The translations under genes were made by a program, and so were the position numbers. From NCBI GenBank assembly GCA_002811645.1, contig PDIP01000057.1:53802-117801 (forward strand): a stretch of DNA of 64,000 nt. The letters run 5' to 3'. Below are positions 1 through 10,601 of this stretch, piece after piece. A model generated the notes under the pieces. It saw only the letters and a program-made list of their open reading frames with translations. It was not told the origin of the DNA and did not search any database. How positions within the stretch are numbered: the first letter of the stretch is position 1; every line of letters begins with the position of its first letter. This stretch comes from Corallochytrium limacisporum Hawaii (lineage: Eukaryota > Protista > Pluriformea).

Positions 1-964
1 TAAATAATCATATAAATCACGATCCGGTATATATTTTCGAACGAAAATTTTGGTTGGATACGGAGTATACATTCAACTCAGAGGATAGTACTTACGAACG
101 GCCTCGCTTCCCCCCCGCCGCCTCAGCCTCTGCCTCCACCGTCCCTCGTAAGTGGAGGACTATGCAGTATTCATATGTAGAGCGGAGGAAGGTGAGTGCG
201 AGATGGTCAGGTATTCATAGATCCTCTCTAGCCCGGTCCCTGCCCCCCTCCCCCCCCAGCCCGTCCCCCGGAGGTTTCGCGCCCACCCGCCGCCCGATCC
301 CGGCCGCCGTAGTTTCACTATAGAACGCTGTAAAAGGGTACCTGTAATTGGACCCCCACCCTCCCGTTTTGTACTACCAAACTGATGGACCTTTAAATCT
401 TTCCTGCTTCGTCACGGCAGCGAAGGGAAGCCAAAAAAAAAAAATTGATCGCCGGCACACGAACACAGGGGAGTCCATTTTACTCCCAAAAATGGTGCAT
501 ACCCTCAGTACCGAACGCAAGGGACTCTACCCACGCAGACAGCACAGCTAGCAGTAGAGCAAGGCTCTGTAATTGTGTGCGGTGTTGTGATTTGGTGCCC
601 TCAGACCCAGCCGGGGCAGTGTTGCGGTGTCGTAGTTTCCTGTTTCGTTCGATAATGGCTCTCTTGTGCTGTGCTTGTAGCGTAGCCTATTCTTTCAAAA
701 CACTACACAGGGTAGTTCAGGAGCAAGAACGAAGATCGTACATCAAGGCGGCGCTTTCCACGTACGACAGCATCTGTATATGACGCGTAAGCAACTCGTG
801 AGTAAGCGGAAGACTCATTGATCTGCCGCCCCCACGTTCGAACTGTGAAGAACATAATATAGGTTTGAATACCTGTATAATTATACGTACTAACGGGAAT
901 TTAGGACCACCTCTTAATAGATTATGTCGTGAAGTGCTTTGGAAGCGGTAACCATAATCCAAAT

Positions 965-2293
965 ATGTCCGCACCAGAGGTGGTGGCGGTTGATCCGCCG
1001 GAGAGTCGGACTGAGCAGCCGACGGGTACAGCTCAGACTGTGACACCAAAGAAGCAACGGTTGAATGGTGTCTCATCAGTACTACACATGAACCCTGGCT
1101 CCAATGCTTCAGCTGCAGCCGCACACATACAGCAGATCGACAAAAAGTTCCAACAGCAACAGCGGACACCGACCCGGCTGCCCGGTAGCGCGGTGCATAA
1201 TCGCTCAAGGAGCTTGGAGATAAATCTACCAACAGAGAACGATGGCGGTAACTCGGCCATGGAGCGGCAACTGGGTTTGCCATCACTAGCGCGGGTTATC
1301 TCACAAGGTCGTGTCAGAGAGTTCCAAGAGTTTGTTACAAATCTAGGAGTCGAGGCCAGTGCAGCCCTGGCATTACTCGTCGACCAAACGGAACGGCGCC
1401 GACGCGCTGGAGAGATGACCCAAAGTATGAAGGAAGCATTTGCACAGAAGATATTGTTTCTGCTGGCAGAGGGTGCGAATCCAATGCAGAAAGTTCGAAC
1501 GGGTGGGTCGACACTATACCTGCCCGTGCTGTCCGCCATGCTGGGCATGGACGACTTGACGTCAGAAATTCTGCTGCGGGTAAATGTTCGGAGCCTGCCT
1601 CGTTCGCCATCCATCTTGGGAATTTGTGCCGAAGAACGGCTGATTAAGAGCGTACGTCTATTGATTCGGCTGAAGTATCCACTACAAGAATGTGACAGGT
1701 TGATTAATCGAGGCATGATGCCGCTGCATCATGCCTGCGTTGCGGGCGACCTTAGAATTTCAGAAGATTTAATCAAGGCTGGAGCTGACATTGATGCTAA
1801 AGACAAAACCAACGAACGGACTCCACTGATGATGGCTGCAATTCACGGGAAGAAAGATGTGGCGGAGCTGTTGATTTCACATCACGCTGATGTTCACGCG
1901 CTGGACAAGAAGGGTCACAACTGCGTATTCTTCGTCAAGGATCCAGAGGTCCTTCAGCTGCTCTTCCGCCACGGTGTCGACGGAGGCATCCTCAACCATA
2001 GTGGCATTTCTGCCTTGGCTGTGGCGGAGCGGATCAATGCCCCGGATAGTGTGAAGCAAATGTTGCGGGACTACGGTCGATCCGGCACTGCGTTTCTACC
2101 CCGACGGGTTGGTTTGCGCATTCCCCGGGAGCGTAGTTTCCTGTTTGGATTCACAGGAGTGGGGAGTCATAGTGCAGCTGCTATCAGTCTGTACGTTGTG
2201 GGCCTCTTACTGGCTACTGGATTGTGTACCTACCTCATCTTTGTGTACTCTCGGACTCCCGCTGAGCTGCTCTTCAATACCGACGAATTGTGA
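965..2293 (+). CDS. Ankyrin-repeat protein with C-terminal transmembrane helix (ANKRD46-like), ending TDEL
   Basis: Ankyrin repeats (PLHHACVAGD, TPLMMAAIHGK, SALAVAE) and a hydrophobic segment (ISLYVVGLLLATGLCTYLIFVY) near the C-terminus. First ATG of the 929 ORF is at 965 (aatATG). Confidence 0.85.
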   Translation: MSAPEVVAVDPPESRTEQPTGTAQTVTPKKQRLNGVSSVLHMNPGSNASAAAAHIQQIDKKFQQQQRTPTRLPGSAVHNRSRSLEINLPTENDGGNSAMERQLGLPSLARVISQGRVREFQEFVTNLGVEASAALALLVDQTERRRRAGEMTQSMKEAFAQKILFLLAEGANPMQKVRTGGSTLYLPVLSAMLGMDDLTSEILLRVNVRSLPRSPSILGICAEERLIKSVRLLIRLKYPLQECDRLINRGMMPLHHACVAGDLRISEDLIKAGADIDAKDKTNERTPLMMAAIHGKKDVAELLISHHADVHALDKKGHNCVFFVKDPEVLQLLFRHGVDGGILNHSGISALAVAERINAPDSVKQMLRDYGRSGTAFLPRRVGLRIPRERSFLFGFTGVGSHSAAAISLYVVGLLLATGLCTYLIFVYSRTPAELLFNTDEL

Positions 2294-2998
2294 TGAAAGG
2301 AAGCATGTGACGCGAATGGGATTGCGTTCAGAACGGGTCGACAATTGTGAATTACCAAGAATCGTGTTTTATACTGCTTCCCGTATATTCATATAACATA
2401 TATAAAATAAGCAATTACTGACATAGTGAATATACTATGAGGTCCGTATATGTATACACACCTCAGCCATTCCATATGCACGTCCAGCAGTTAAAATATG
2501 GCCGCAGGTTTCCTCCCAGCGGGTCGGTACTGAATCAGCTGGAATGGGAGGCCTTGGCAACATCAACATCGTCCCAGTACTTTTGAGATGCATGCCTTGA
2601 GTTGGTCAGGGGAGGCCGACGGCTTTGAGTCCCAACCAGGCCGAGGCAGTGATGAATGACTTGGGCTCGAGAAAGGGGGAAAGGGGCTCAGGGAGTTCAC
2701 AAAGGGTGCAAACGGGATGGAGCTCAAGCCACGGACAGACAGTGTCAATCCCGCATGTAAGTTGCTTGGAAGGTCTTTCACGGGACCAGTAGGATGGCAA
2801 TGGTCTGCGCCATGGACCACACTTAAGTGGGGGCAGAAGTTACCACCCTACAGAAGAGTCAGGGACAACGAGGGGTACCAACCACGTCAATGGAATCAGA
2901 TCGCATGTGTGTGGCGTGCAAAGTCTGAAGTGCATTCGCCCTCTCGTTACTTGCGCATTAGAAAAGTAAAGTGGTATTCATGCATAAAACAGATTAAA

Positions 2999-4489
2999 AT
3001 GTCGGCTTCATCCCTCGAGGCGAGTGATATCCCAGATGATCTCGTGGATCAGCTGACGAATTCGATGGGTACTATGCCTCCCATTGGCGCAGGAGATCAT
3101 ATGTCCACATCAAAATTGGAGAGAACAGCAACAGAGTACGTGGGCAGCGATGTTTGCAAGGGGCAATATGCAACCTTTGAGGAAAATTAGCCAGTATTCA
3201 GAGTAGCAGTATGGGGAATAGTCAATAGGAAGAAATGGCTTCCCACAATACCAAAGCTGACCATCTCGAATCAGCACGGATGCAGGACGGTGACCGGCTT
3301 GTCATAGGACATGCCCGGAGCATATCTCTTTTTTTTTTCAGGACGATTGAGAAATGGAGGTTCGAACATCTTGTCCACAGAACTGGGATCTTCAGCTTAT
3401 GTCAACGACACAAGTACAACAGAGTCAGGAACCGGATGATTAAATGACAACAAGGCTTTACTGGAACTGACTGAGTTTCCAGGCATGCAGTCACTTCAGT
3501 TGCCACCGACAATCAAAACAAAGCATGCATTGAGCCTGGCATGCAAATTTGGTATGGTCATGTCCACGCATTGTGGAAAGTTTGGAACCGTTGGTTTTTG
3601 TCCAGAGACTCTGCGCGCGTGCAGGTTGTTGTCTTTTGGTGTCAATTCTTAGAGCATGCTAAGAAAGATCCAGCCAATCTTAATCGCTGCAGGCGCCAAC
3701 GGGATCAGTCATACGTACAGCTTCTGAAAGGACTGCCTGAAGGTCCACGAAAGCTGGAGTTGATGGACCGATAACCGGATGCTTTAGCACAGGCAATCTA
3801 CGCAACGTTCTGTCGAGCGTGCAACAAATACGATCAATTTGACGAAACCTTTGCAGAAAAGATAAGTGTGACCGTTTATGAATGGACTTCGGGCACGGCA
3901 CCGAGGCCCCCTCGCACGGCATATTGGGATCTGCGTCGACTGAAGTACGATCGGCATGACAAATCGCGTGTGGCAATGCATATGCCTACCACTGACGCTT
4001 CCTACTCTGTCCAACGGCGTGGCTCTCATCAGAGTATATGCACCGTGGAAGCCTCTGGAAAGCCATTCATATTCAGTGAATCACTGCAGGACATGGCCGA
4101 AATGGCCATCACCGAGGAAGGTATGTATGGAAATGTCTCAGGAGACTTTTGCTAACAACAGGGTCCAGTATGACACCATTCGAGACTCCCTGCATCGTGT
4201 AGCAAGCACTCTGAAGTCCGACATCGTGCTTGAAAAGCGTGTCATCTACATGCAGCTCCAGCACATGCAAGGGAAAAGGACGGTCATTAAGAAGCTCGCC
4301 GCAGAATTCATGGTTGATCCGACGAAGAAACAAGCTGGTGGAGTCCAGAACAAGGCTGCCAGTATGGCGCGACAGATGAGAGCAAAAGTTACTACGAGCG
4401 CAGGATTCGCCCCAGCTTGCAAAGCACTGATGCATTGTCAAGAGAAACCCAGAGAGAGACAGAACGACTCATACAGAAGGACTAGCTGA
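2999..4489 (+). pseudogene. Possible decayed gene (protein-like fragments broken by stops and frameshifts)
   Basis: Good start context (aaaATG, 2999), then successive protein-like fragments in different frames (MSASSLEASDIPDD..., KHALSLACKFG, RVQYDTIRDSLHRVASTLKSDIVLEKR...). No family recognised. Confidence 0.3.
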
Positions 4490-4739
4490 CGTCCTTGACT
4501 GTCGCACAATTCCCGATTCTTCCCCATTTGTTCCTTCCGGACCGAGCTGGTTTAAATCTATACCCGAAATCTATATTATTTTTTAGTTATTGTTTTGTGG
4601 TTTACAGCACTTCTGCCTGAGGGAACAGATTGATTCACGTCCTGCACATGATGACGTGATTTTGTGTCCATCCTGATGAATCCCATTCCACAAAAGTTCA
4701 AACATATCTCGTTGCGCTTAGTTTTTGAATGTGCGGTAC

Positions 4740-5105
4740 TTAGTGGGCATTCTCCTGCTGTTCAACATACTTGACAGCGTCCCGTGCAGTGAAAATCTTT
4801 TCGGCAGCCTCATCAGGGATCTCCAGGGCGAATTCATCCTCAAAGGCCATAACCAGCTCGACAGTGTCCAACGAGTCGAGTCCGAGGTCGTTAATGAAGT
4901 GTGCGTCCATGGAGATTTTGTTCTGATCCACCTTATCAAAGGATTTCAGGACATCCATGACACGCTCCTCGAGCACAGCAGTACTGCCGGCGGCGTAGAA
5001 GCGTTGGAGCATGGTTGGCAGAACAGCCTTATGCTGAGTGGCCATGCGGAGCAGGCCACGGCCAGCGGGCCGCACAGATCCGTAAGTCATCCACAACTGA
5101 GACAT
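4740..5105 (-). CDS. NDUFAB1: Mitochondrial acyl carrier protein (NDUFAB1/ACP1 family)
   Basis: LGLDSLDTVELVMAFEDEF phosphopantetheine motif and an Arg-rich presequence. Confidence 0.95.
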   Translation of the reverse strand: MSQLWMTYGSVRPAGRGLLRMATQHKAVLPTMLQRFYAAGSTAVLEERVMDVLKSFDKVDQNKISMDAHFINDLGLDSLDTVELVMAFEDEFALEIPDEAAEKIFTARDAVKYVEQQENAH

Positions 5106-6808
5106 GTTGATAGCTAATGTTCCGAATTTTTACTGTGTTTGGAGGTGATATGTCGAAATTCTTTTGTTGCACGCAAACCGTCAAGTACAAGGTTGATACT
5201 GTGTTAGATATCTACCCGAACCGAGGCTTGGATTTCCACTAGCCAATTGTTTGGATGTTATGTTGAAGATCGCAGCTTTGTACAAACAAGAAAATATTGA
5301 AAGAGAGGAAATACCTGCACCATCGACTATTCTGCATGTTTTCACATCATCTAAGCACACAAATTTGTCGTCGTCTTAGGTCCGGACTCCGTGGTGTAAC
5401 TCAAGTTACCCTGTTTGTTCCGTTTAATTCTCTTCCCATCTGCAGCTGCGTGGGTACCTGTGTTCTCGTCACACTGGCAGACTGTTCATGCCGACACAGT
5501 ACCATCCGCATCGGCCACAAACATATTTTCATTTCTGTGCTGGGACCGCACATTGTAGGTAAAGCGCACACGGTTGGTAGTGGAGCTCGATTAATGCAAA
5601 GGAGGAGGCTGCTGAGCTGGGCTGACTGGCTGCTCGACCGCACATCATTCGAAGGCACGAGTGCCTATGTCAAAGACCGGTACAGAAAGTAACGAAGTCA
5701 TACGTGTCTGGAACACTGTGCCAATGCTCTTTCGCCCCCAGGCAGCAGCACAGTCGTGTGTGGAATCTCCAGTTCCTTCACTCGCATGCCAAAACAAGAC
5801 GAAGGTGTGCTTGTGGAACCGTATTGTTATCTCTTTCCCCCTTTGCAAATTCTCTTTCGGTTCCTGTGTTTGGCGGTGCCTCCATACACACACCTCTTGG
5901 CCCTGGAGAGAGGGCTTAGCCCTGAGGTTGCTTTCTTGGCCACACCACCCCCGGAGCGAGAGGGGGGGTGGGGGCGGTGTATGTCGCTCCCCGGGACCCC
6001 AGCTCCTCTCTGGTTGCTGACTTTCGTTTTCATTGTCAGTGGCTTGCAAAACGGACGGGAGGGGCTGTGTGTTTTTGTATTCTCTGGAATATAATGCGAG
6101 GGGGGCGGAGATGATTGTCTTTCTCAAACATGTCAGCGCTGCGGGTCATTTTGTATAGAATTCGGAAGGACATTTTCTGCGAAAGGTGAGAAACGTATGT
6201 CTCTCCACTCTCGGACATTGGTGTGCTCTCCGGTCAGCACTGCTCTCCGGCTAGGAGGTACTGTGAACTGCTCGGGCTTGGCAGAGAGTGGAGACCAGAC
6301 GTCCCCTCCTCTCCTCGTCCACCTCCCCCCACCTGCTTTTATTTGTTTATCATAGATTTAATACTATAGGACACCTTACCACGAGTCAATAGTACGGCCC
6401 CTTCACCGTCCCAAGCGCGCACCCTGCACCCTACAGTGTACACACACTTGCACTCAAATGGTGGCAGGGGCCTTTCACCACTTACCAAGAGCGACTAGGT
6501 TGAGAGAGGTCGCCTATAACTGATGCCTTATCTCAATTCAATTAATTATAATTTTATTGATTAGTACGGGGCGGGTTGCCAACTGGCTCATCCACCACAG
6601 TGTAATTTCTATATTCGTGGGAGGGGGCCTCGTCTGACTGGCTGAGCCCTGTGCTGGGTGGCCTCACGAGCTAGTGTGCGAATACGATGTAGAGGTCGGT
6701 CAGCCTGTTCAGGTACATTTGGATGTCTTCAACAATGAAGTGAGTGAAAGAGATAGATGCCTACTTACTTGATCCACTTCTGATGAGATATTACAAAGCG
6801 ACAAAGAG

Positions 6809-6832
6809 ACATGGTTACCTACATGGTTACCT
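6809..6832. repeat. Perfect 12-bp tandem duplication (ACATGGTTACCT)x2
   Basis: Read directly; ends 15 nt upstream of the 6848 ATG. Confidence 0.9.
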
Positions 6833-6847
6833 GATATCTTAGAAAGG

Positions 6848-7039
6848 ATGGTTGTTGGCGGAGTCTACGGGCGCTCTCCTCCTTTCGTAGCCGTAGCCGT
6901 GGGTATTCTGAGTGGATACTACATCTTCAAGCCAGAAATTGATAAGATCTACACCCGGGCGAAGGTCGAAGAAGAAAAAGCGAGACGGTCTGGAAAATTC
7001 CCACCACCAGGGAACACAGAGGAATCCGAGTCAAAGTGA
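6848..7039 (+). CDS. PIGBOS1-like single-pass microprotein (63 aa)
   Basis: VAVAVGILSGYYIFKP resembles the PIGBOS1 pattern (ATVLGIAGGVYIFQP, recalled), followed by a charged tail. Start context aggATG. Confidence 0.7.
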   Translation: MVVGGVYGRSPPFVAVAVGILSGYYIFKPEIDKIYTRAKVEEEKARRSGKFPPPGNTEESESK

Positions 7040-7091
7040 AGAACAGTTACCGGTATGCAGAGGTATCGCCTGTACATACTATAGCGTAGAA

Positions 7092-9953
7092 ATGGAACCA
7101 CAAATATTGAGAGTATCGATATTGGACAATTTGGGGTCCACGACAGAGTCTGTCGCAATCCAATACTTCTCCAGGATCGATCCCGCCGCTGCCTTGGCGG
7201 CGATGAGACATCAAGGGTTTCGACAAAGTCCTGCGTCATTTCTAGAGCCTTTCCAAATCGGTTCACACACCGTCCAAACTAAGCAGTGTGTCGATTACAA
7301 TGATGTTTTTGAAAGATTAACGTTGGAACAAGATGACTTTACGTTTCTTCCTCTGGAAAATAGCGTATCTGGAGTTTGTGATCCAACGTTGAGGGCACTG
7401 GGAAAGCACTTGGAAAGTATATATCCGTGTGGTGGCATCGAAATTCTTGGGCGAATTGATGGTGTAGCTGAGTATGCCTATTTCATACCAAAGTCGGAGC
7501 CGCGAGGTGGCCCCTTTGAGAGAATTTATTGCCAAGGTGATGATCCAGTAGTAATGTCCCAACCACCAGGCTCCAAGCACGGGGACATGGATCTAATATG
7601 TGTGCGAAACCTAGGAAAATTTTTGAATGATACCTCTGGCGATCATCGTTCATTGCCAAAGAAGAGCATAGTGTTTTGCACCTTTAGGATGGCCCAATTG
7701 TACGACCTTGAGGTCTTGGATGCTGACCATGCACCGAGAGAGCCCCCATTCGATCCAAAGACAGAAAAGGTGACATATATAGCCCTGGGACGGCGCTCTG
7801 TGGAGGCAAAAGGTATGCCCCTGCAGAGCATAGCTCATCCAAGATTGGTTCACCATGACAAGAAACCGATAAATCCTCTGACAGGCCAGTGGCAGCACCA
7901 CTCTGCTATGTACATCATGCTGTGCGAAACGCTTCCAGAAGTCATGACAAAGATCACTCTGAGTTTGGATAGCTATCACCTAAATATCGTGCGCTTGGCA
8001 TGTGTCCCAAATTACGACAAATCCGGATCTCTTGGGGAGGCTATTGACATGTGGACCTGTTTTTTTGAGGTTGACATGATGGTCAGCAGTCCTGTATTCC
8101 AGAAACTTCTTGACGTCATGAACGAATTCAGCGATGGGCATACTGTTGGTCACCTGGTACCGATCATCAGACACTTAACCCACGGAAACCCTTACATTTA
8201 TTTGGAAAGAGCGGCCCTCCAGAGGGCCATAGTGGACCCGAATTCTAAGGGCGATGGTGAAATGATGGACACGGATGCAAAATTGGCTGGCATTCCACCG
8301 GAAGTTTTTGCGCTAATTCTACAGAGATTCAAGCCTTGCCGGCTTCGAGACCTCGCGGATTGTTATAATAGTCTACTGGAAATGTGTAAAGTGAGTTCGC
8401 AGTGGCGACGATCAGTTCTGGATGACTACCCCCTCTGGAAGCATATCATTGACATGGTGTCTTGGTGCAACGGAACTGCTGGCCCTCCGATCCGAGATCT
8501 CACCCGTGGTCACTTTGTGATGTCATCTTCTCGACACGCCTTCATGCGAAGATTCATCGGGGCCTTTAAGAATCTATACAAGGGTCCTGTTTACCAGCGG
8601 GTCTTGAAACACGAAATAGGGGCAGTGAGGTCTCACGGAACAGATGGATTCTTGGTATTCATGCTTCCCTGGGACCAGAATCCTAATCATCCTTGGAGAT
8701 TGCACATGTATGATCCGCGTCATTCACATGATGCTTTCCATTGTAAGTTGAATGTCGCCAGGGGCATTGTACCCCGTTCTGGACCAATTCAGTGCAGACC
8801 TAGAACATCCCGATCAGAACCTTGGGGCTGTGTTGTTCCCATCCATTGGATTAGAGATCCCGGGGATGAAACTGAGATCAAAGGTGTGGTGGTCATCATG
8901 GGAACGGAGTGGGAAGCTACTGGCGACCGTTGGATGAGGGCAGGTGCGATCACGATTGACTCAACGAGTACTCCTGCCCAGGATACTTTTGCTTTGAATC
9001 TGCACAATCACGACACCGTTCATTGGTGTACGGAAGAGCAAATTATCATAATTGCGAGTCCGGCAGGAAACGTCATTGTCGTGCGGTATGAGAACACTGA
9101 CAAACACGCGGGTCTGTTACTGAGATGGGTCCATTCGGTGCCAATCACACTGGGTTTCCCCGTTGCACAAATTGTGGAAAATCGGACACCAAATGAGACT
9201 TTGGAATATGTCTTCGTATCCCAGTATGGCGCTCTGCAGGGTTGGACCTTGCAAGATTTCATCCACTATGACCCGAATGAGGGAGCATCGTGGTCGCCTA
9301 CAGACCGGACAGGCGTCTCACAGATGGACCACATTTCGGTCGATCAGAACCCGGGCCAACCTGGTATTCACTTTCCGAGGGGTTACTTGGCGGGCATCGC
9401 CAAGAATCGTACAGTTCGCTGGTGCGTAGACGGCCATGGACTAAATATGCAACGCCTTGAACCGGACACACTGACACCTGTGGGAGGTGAGTTCAGACCG
9501 GCAGTGAAACCAGAATTGGCAAGGGCTGCATACGCTCTCGAAGTGGTTGGTGATCTCGCGCTCGCGCAGCTTGGGGATGATCTTTTATACGTCTTTCATT
9601 GGCCGTCAGGCAGGCAACTGTACCACATTGCCCCTCGTCAGGGAGGTACTCGAAGAGAACTTGGCGGTGCACGCTGGCAGTTCTGTTCTCCCTATGCGGT
9701 GTACGGTGTGTGGTCTCCAATGGCGAATTCCCGAGTGAGGCCCACTGTCGAAGGCGTCGAGATACATTCCTTCGTCCGTTTTGATGACGATATCAAACTT
9801 ATCCACCCTGCCAATGAGGATTGGAACGTGGAGGACTCCAGCAGTTTTGAAATGTTAGCCGAACACTACAGCAGTCTGACCCACGGAGGTGTATTGGTCA
9901 TGGCCGGGTATGAAGAATTGGATGCGGCCGTATCTAGTGATGAGGAAAGTTGA
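7092..9953 (+). CDS. Degenerate prephenate dehydratase + ACT + F-box + probable beta-propeller fusion protein (953 aa)
   Basis: PDT-like motifs in order (RVSILDNLGSTTESVAIQYF; DVFERL..DFTFLPLENSVSG; AQLYDLEVL), an ACT-like segment (LNIVRLACVP..WTCFFEVD), an F-box (LAGIPPEVFALIL..MCKVSSQWR..LWK) and a beta-rich C-terminal half. First ATG at 7092. Confidence 0.8.
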   Translation: MEPQILRVSILDNLGSTTESVAIQYFSRIDPAAALAAMRHQGFRQSPASFLEPFQIGSHTVQTKQCVDYNDVFERLTLEQDDFTFLPLENSVSGVCDPTLRALGKHLESIYPCGGIEILGRIDGVAEYAYFIPKSEPRGGPFERIYCQGDDPVVMSQPPGSKHGDMDLICVRNLGKFLNDTSGDHRSLPKKSIVFCTFRMAQLYDLEVLDADHAPREPPFDPKTEKVTYIALGRRSVEAKGMPLQSIAHPRLVHHDKKPINPLTGQWQHHSAMYIMLCETLPEVMTKITLSLDSYHLNIVRLACVPNYDKSGSLGEAIDMWTCFFEVDMMVSSPVFQKLLDVMNEFSDGHTVGHLVPIIRHLTHGNPYIYLERAALQRAIVDPNSKGDGEMMDTDAKLAGIPPEVFALILQRFKPCRLRDLADCYNSLLEMCKVSSQWRRSVLDDYPLWKHIIDMVSWCNGTAGPPIRDLTRGHFVMSSSRHAFMRRFIGAFKNLYKGPVYQRVLKHEIGAVRSHGTDGFLVFMLPWDQNPNHPWRLHMYDPRHSHDAFHCKLNVARGIVPRSGPIQCRPRTSRSEPWGCVVPIHWIRDPGDETEIKGVVVIMGTEWEATGDRWMRAGAITIDSTSTPAQDTFALNLHNHDTVHWCTEEQIIIIASPAGNVIVVRYENTDKHAGLLLRWVHSVPITLGFPVAQIVENRTPNETLEYVFVSQYGALQGWTLQDFIHYDPNEGASWSPTDRTGVSQMDHISVDQNPGQPGIHFPRGYLAGIAKNRTVRWCVDGHGLNMQRLEPDTLTPVGGEFRPAVKPELARAAYALEVVGDLALAQLGDDLLYVFHWPSGRQLYHIAPRQGGTRRELGGARWQFCSPYAVYGVWSPMANSRVRPTVEGVEIHSFVRFDDDIKLIHPANEDWNVEDSSSFEMLAEHYSSLTHGGVLVMAGYEELDAAVSSDEES

Positions 9954-10019
9954 GGTTCCCTGGAATTCGATATGTAACACAATCATGAAACTGTTTATTA
10001 TTTTGACTAGAAGATTTAC

Positions 10020-10601
10020 TCAGCCTTGTGTGATTGCGTTGTCGCCCTCCTCTAGCTTCAGATTTGTTTGCAATTCGTAGATAGCAAGTAGCAATAGCTT
10101 GGCCTGATCTCTCCGTTGCTCCAAGGTTTCGTCCATACTCTGGCTTTCACGTTTCAAGGCCTCGATCCGTTCATTGTACTCATTGATCTGTTGGTTTGTC
10201 TGTTCTCGGGATGCTTGCTGTCGAATAACCTTGGCAAGAGCATCGTATTCCTCACGGTGTGCTTTCAGTTGGCGCTCGCGACTCAATGTCTCTTGCAGCT
10301 CCGTGATTTCTTGCTTAGTGCGCTGAATCCCCGACTGAAGTTCTCCCTGTATCGTGTGATAGTGGTCAACTTCACGGTCACGCATCTCCGCGCCAATGGA
10401 CAGCCGTTGCATTGCCCATTCCCCATTGGCCAGCAATGATTTGATGTCACCGAGCACTTCGTCCGCGGGTTTGGTTGCCTCGTTTTCGGCAGTGACTTCC
10501 CCATTTATGTGATCCATGAACATGTTGATAGCGGCATTGACATGTCGATCCTCAGTCAACAGACGCCTGAGAAGGATCTGTTCTTCGCCGAGGTCTGCCA
10601 T
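10020..10601 (-). CDS. THOC7: THO complex subunit 7
   Basis: ILLRRLL N-terminus, REEYDALAKVI signature and RRDQAKLLLLAIYELQ coiled coil. ATG at 10601 (accATG). Confidence 0.9.
   Translation of the reverse strand: MADLGEEQILLRRLLTEDRHVNAAINMFMDHINGEVTAENEATKPADEVLGDIKSLLANGEWAMQRLSIGAEMRDREVDHYHTIQGELQSGIQRTKQEITELQETLSRERQLKAHREEYDALAKVIRQQASREQTNQQINEYNERIEALKRESQSMDETLEQRRDQAKLLLLAIYELQTNLKLEEGDNAITQG

Noticed and set aside
6912-7091. 60-aa N-terminal extension of the 1013-aa ORF
   Set aside because: Starts at GTG and overlaps the PIGBOS1-like ORF. PDT similarity begins right after ATG 7092.
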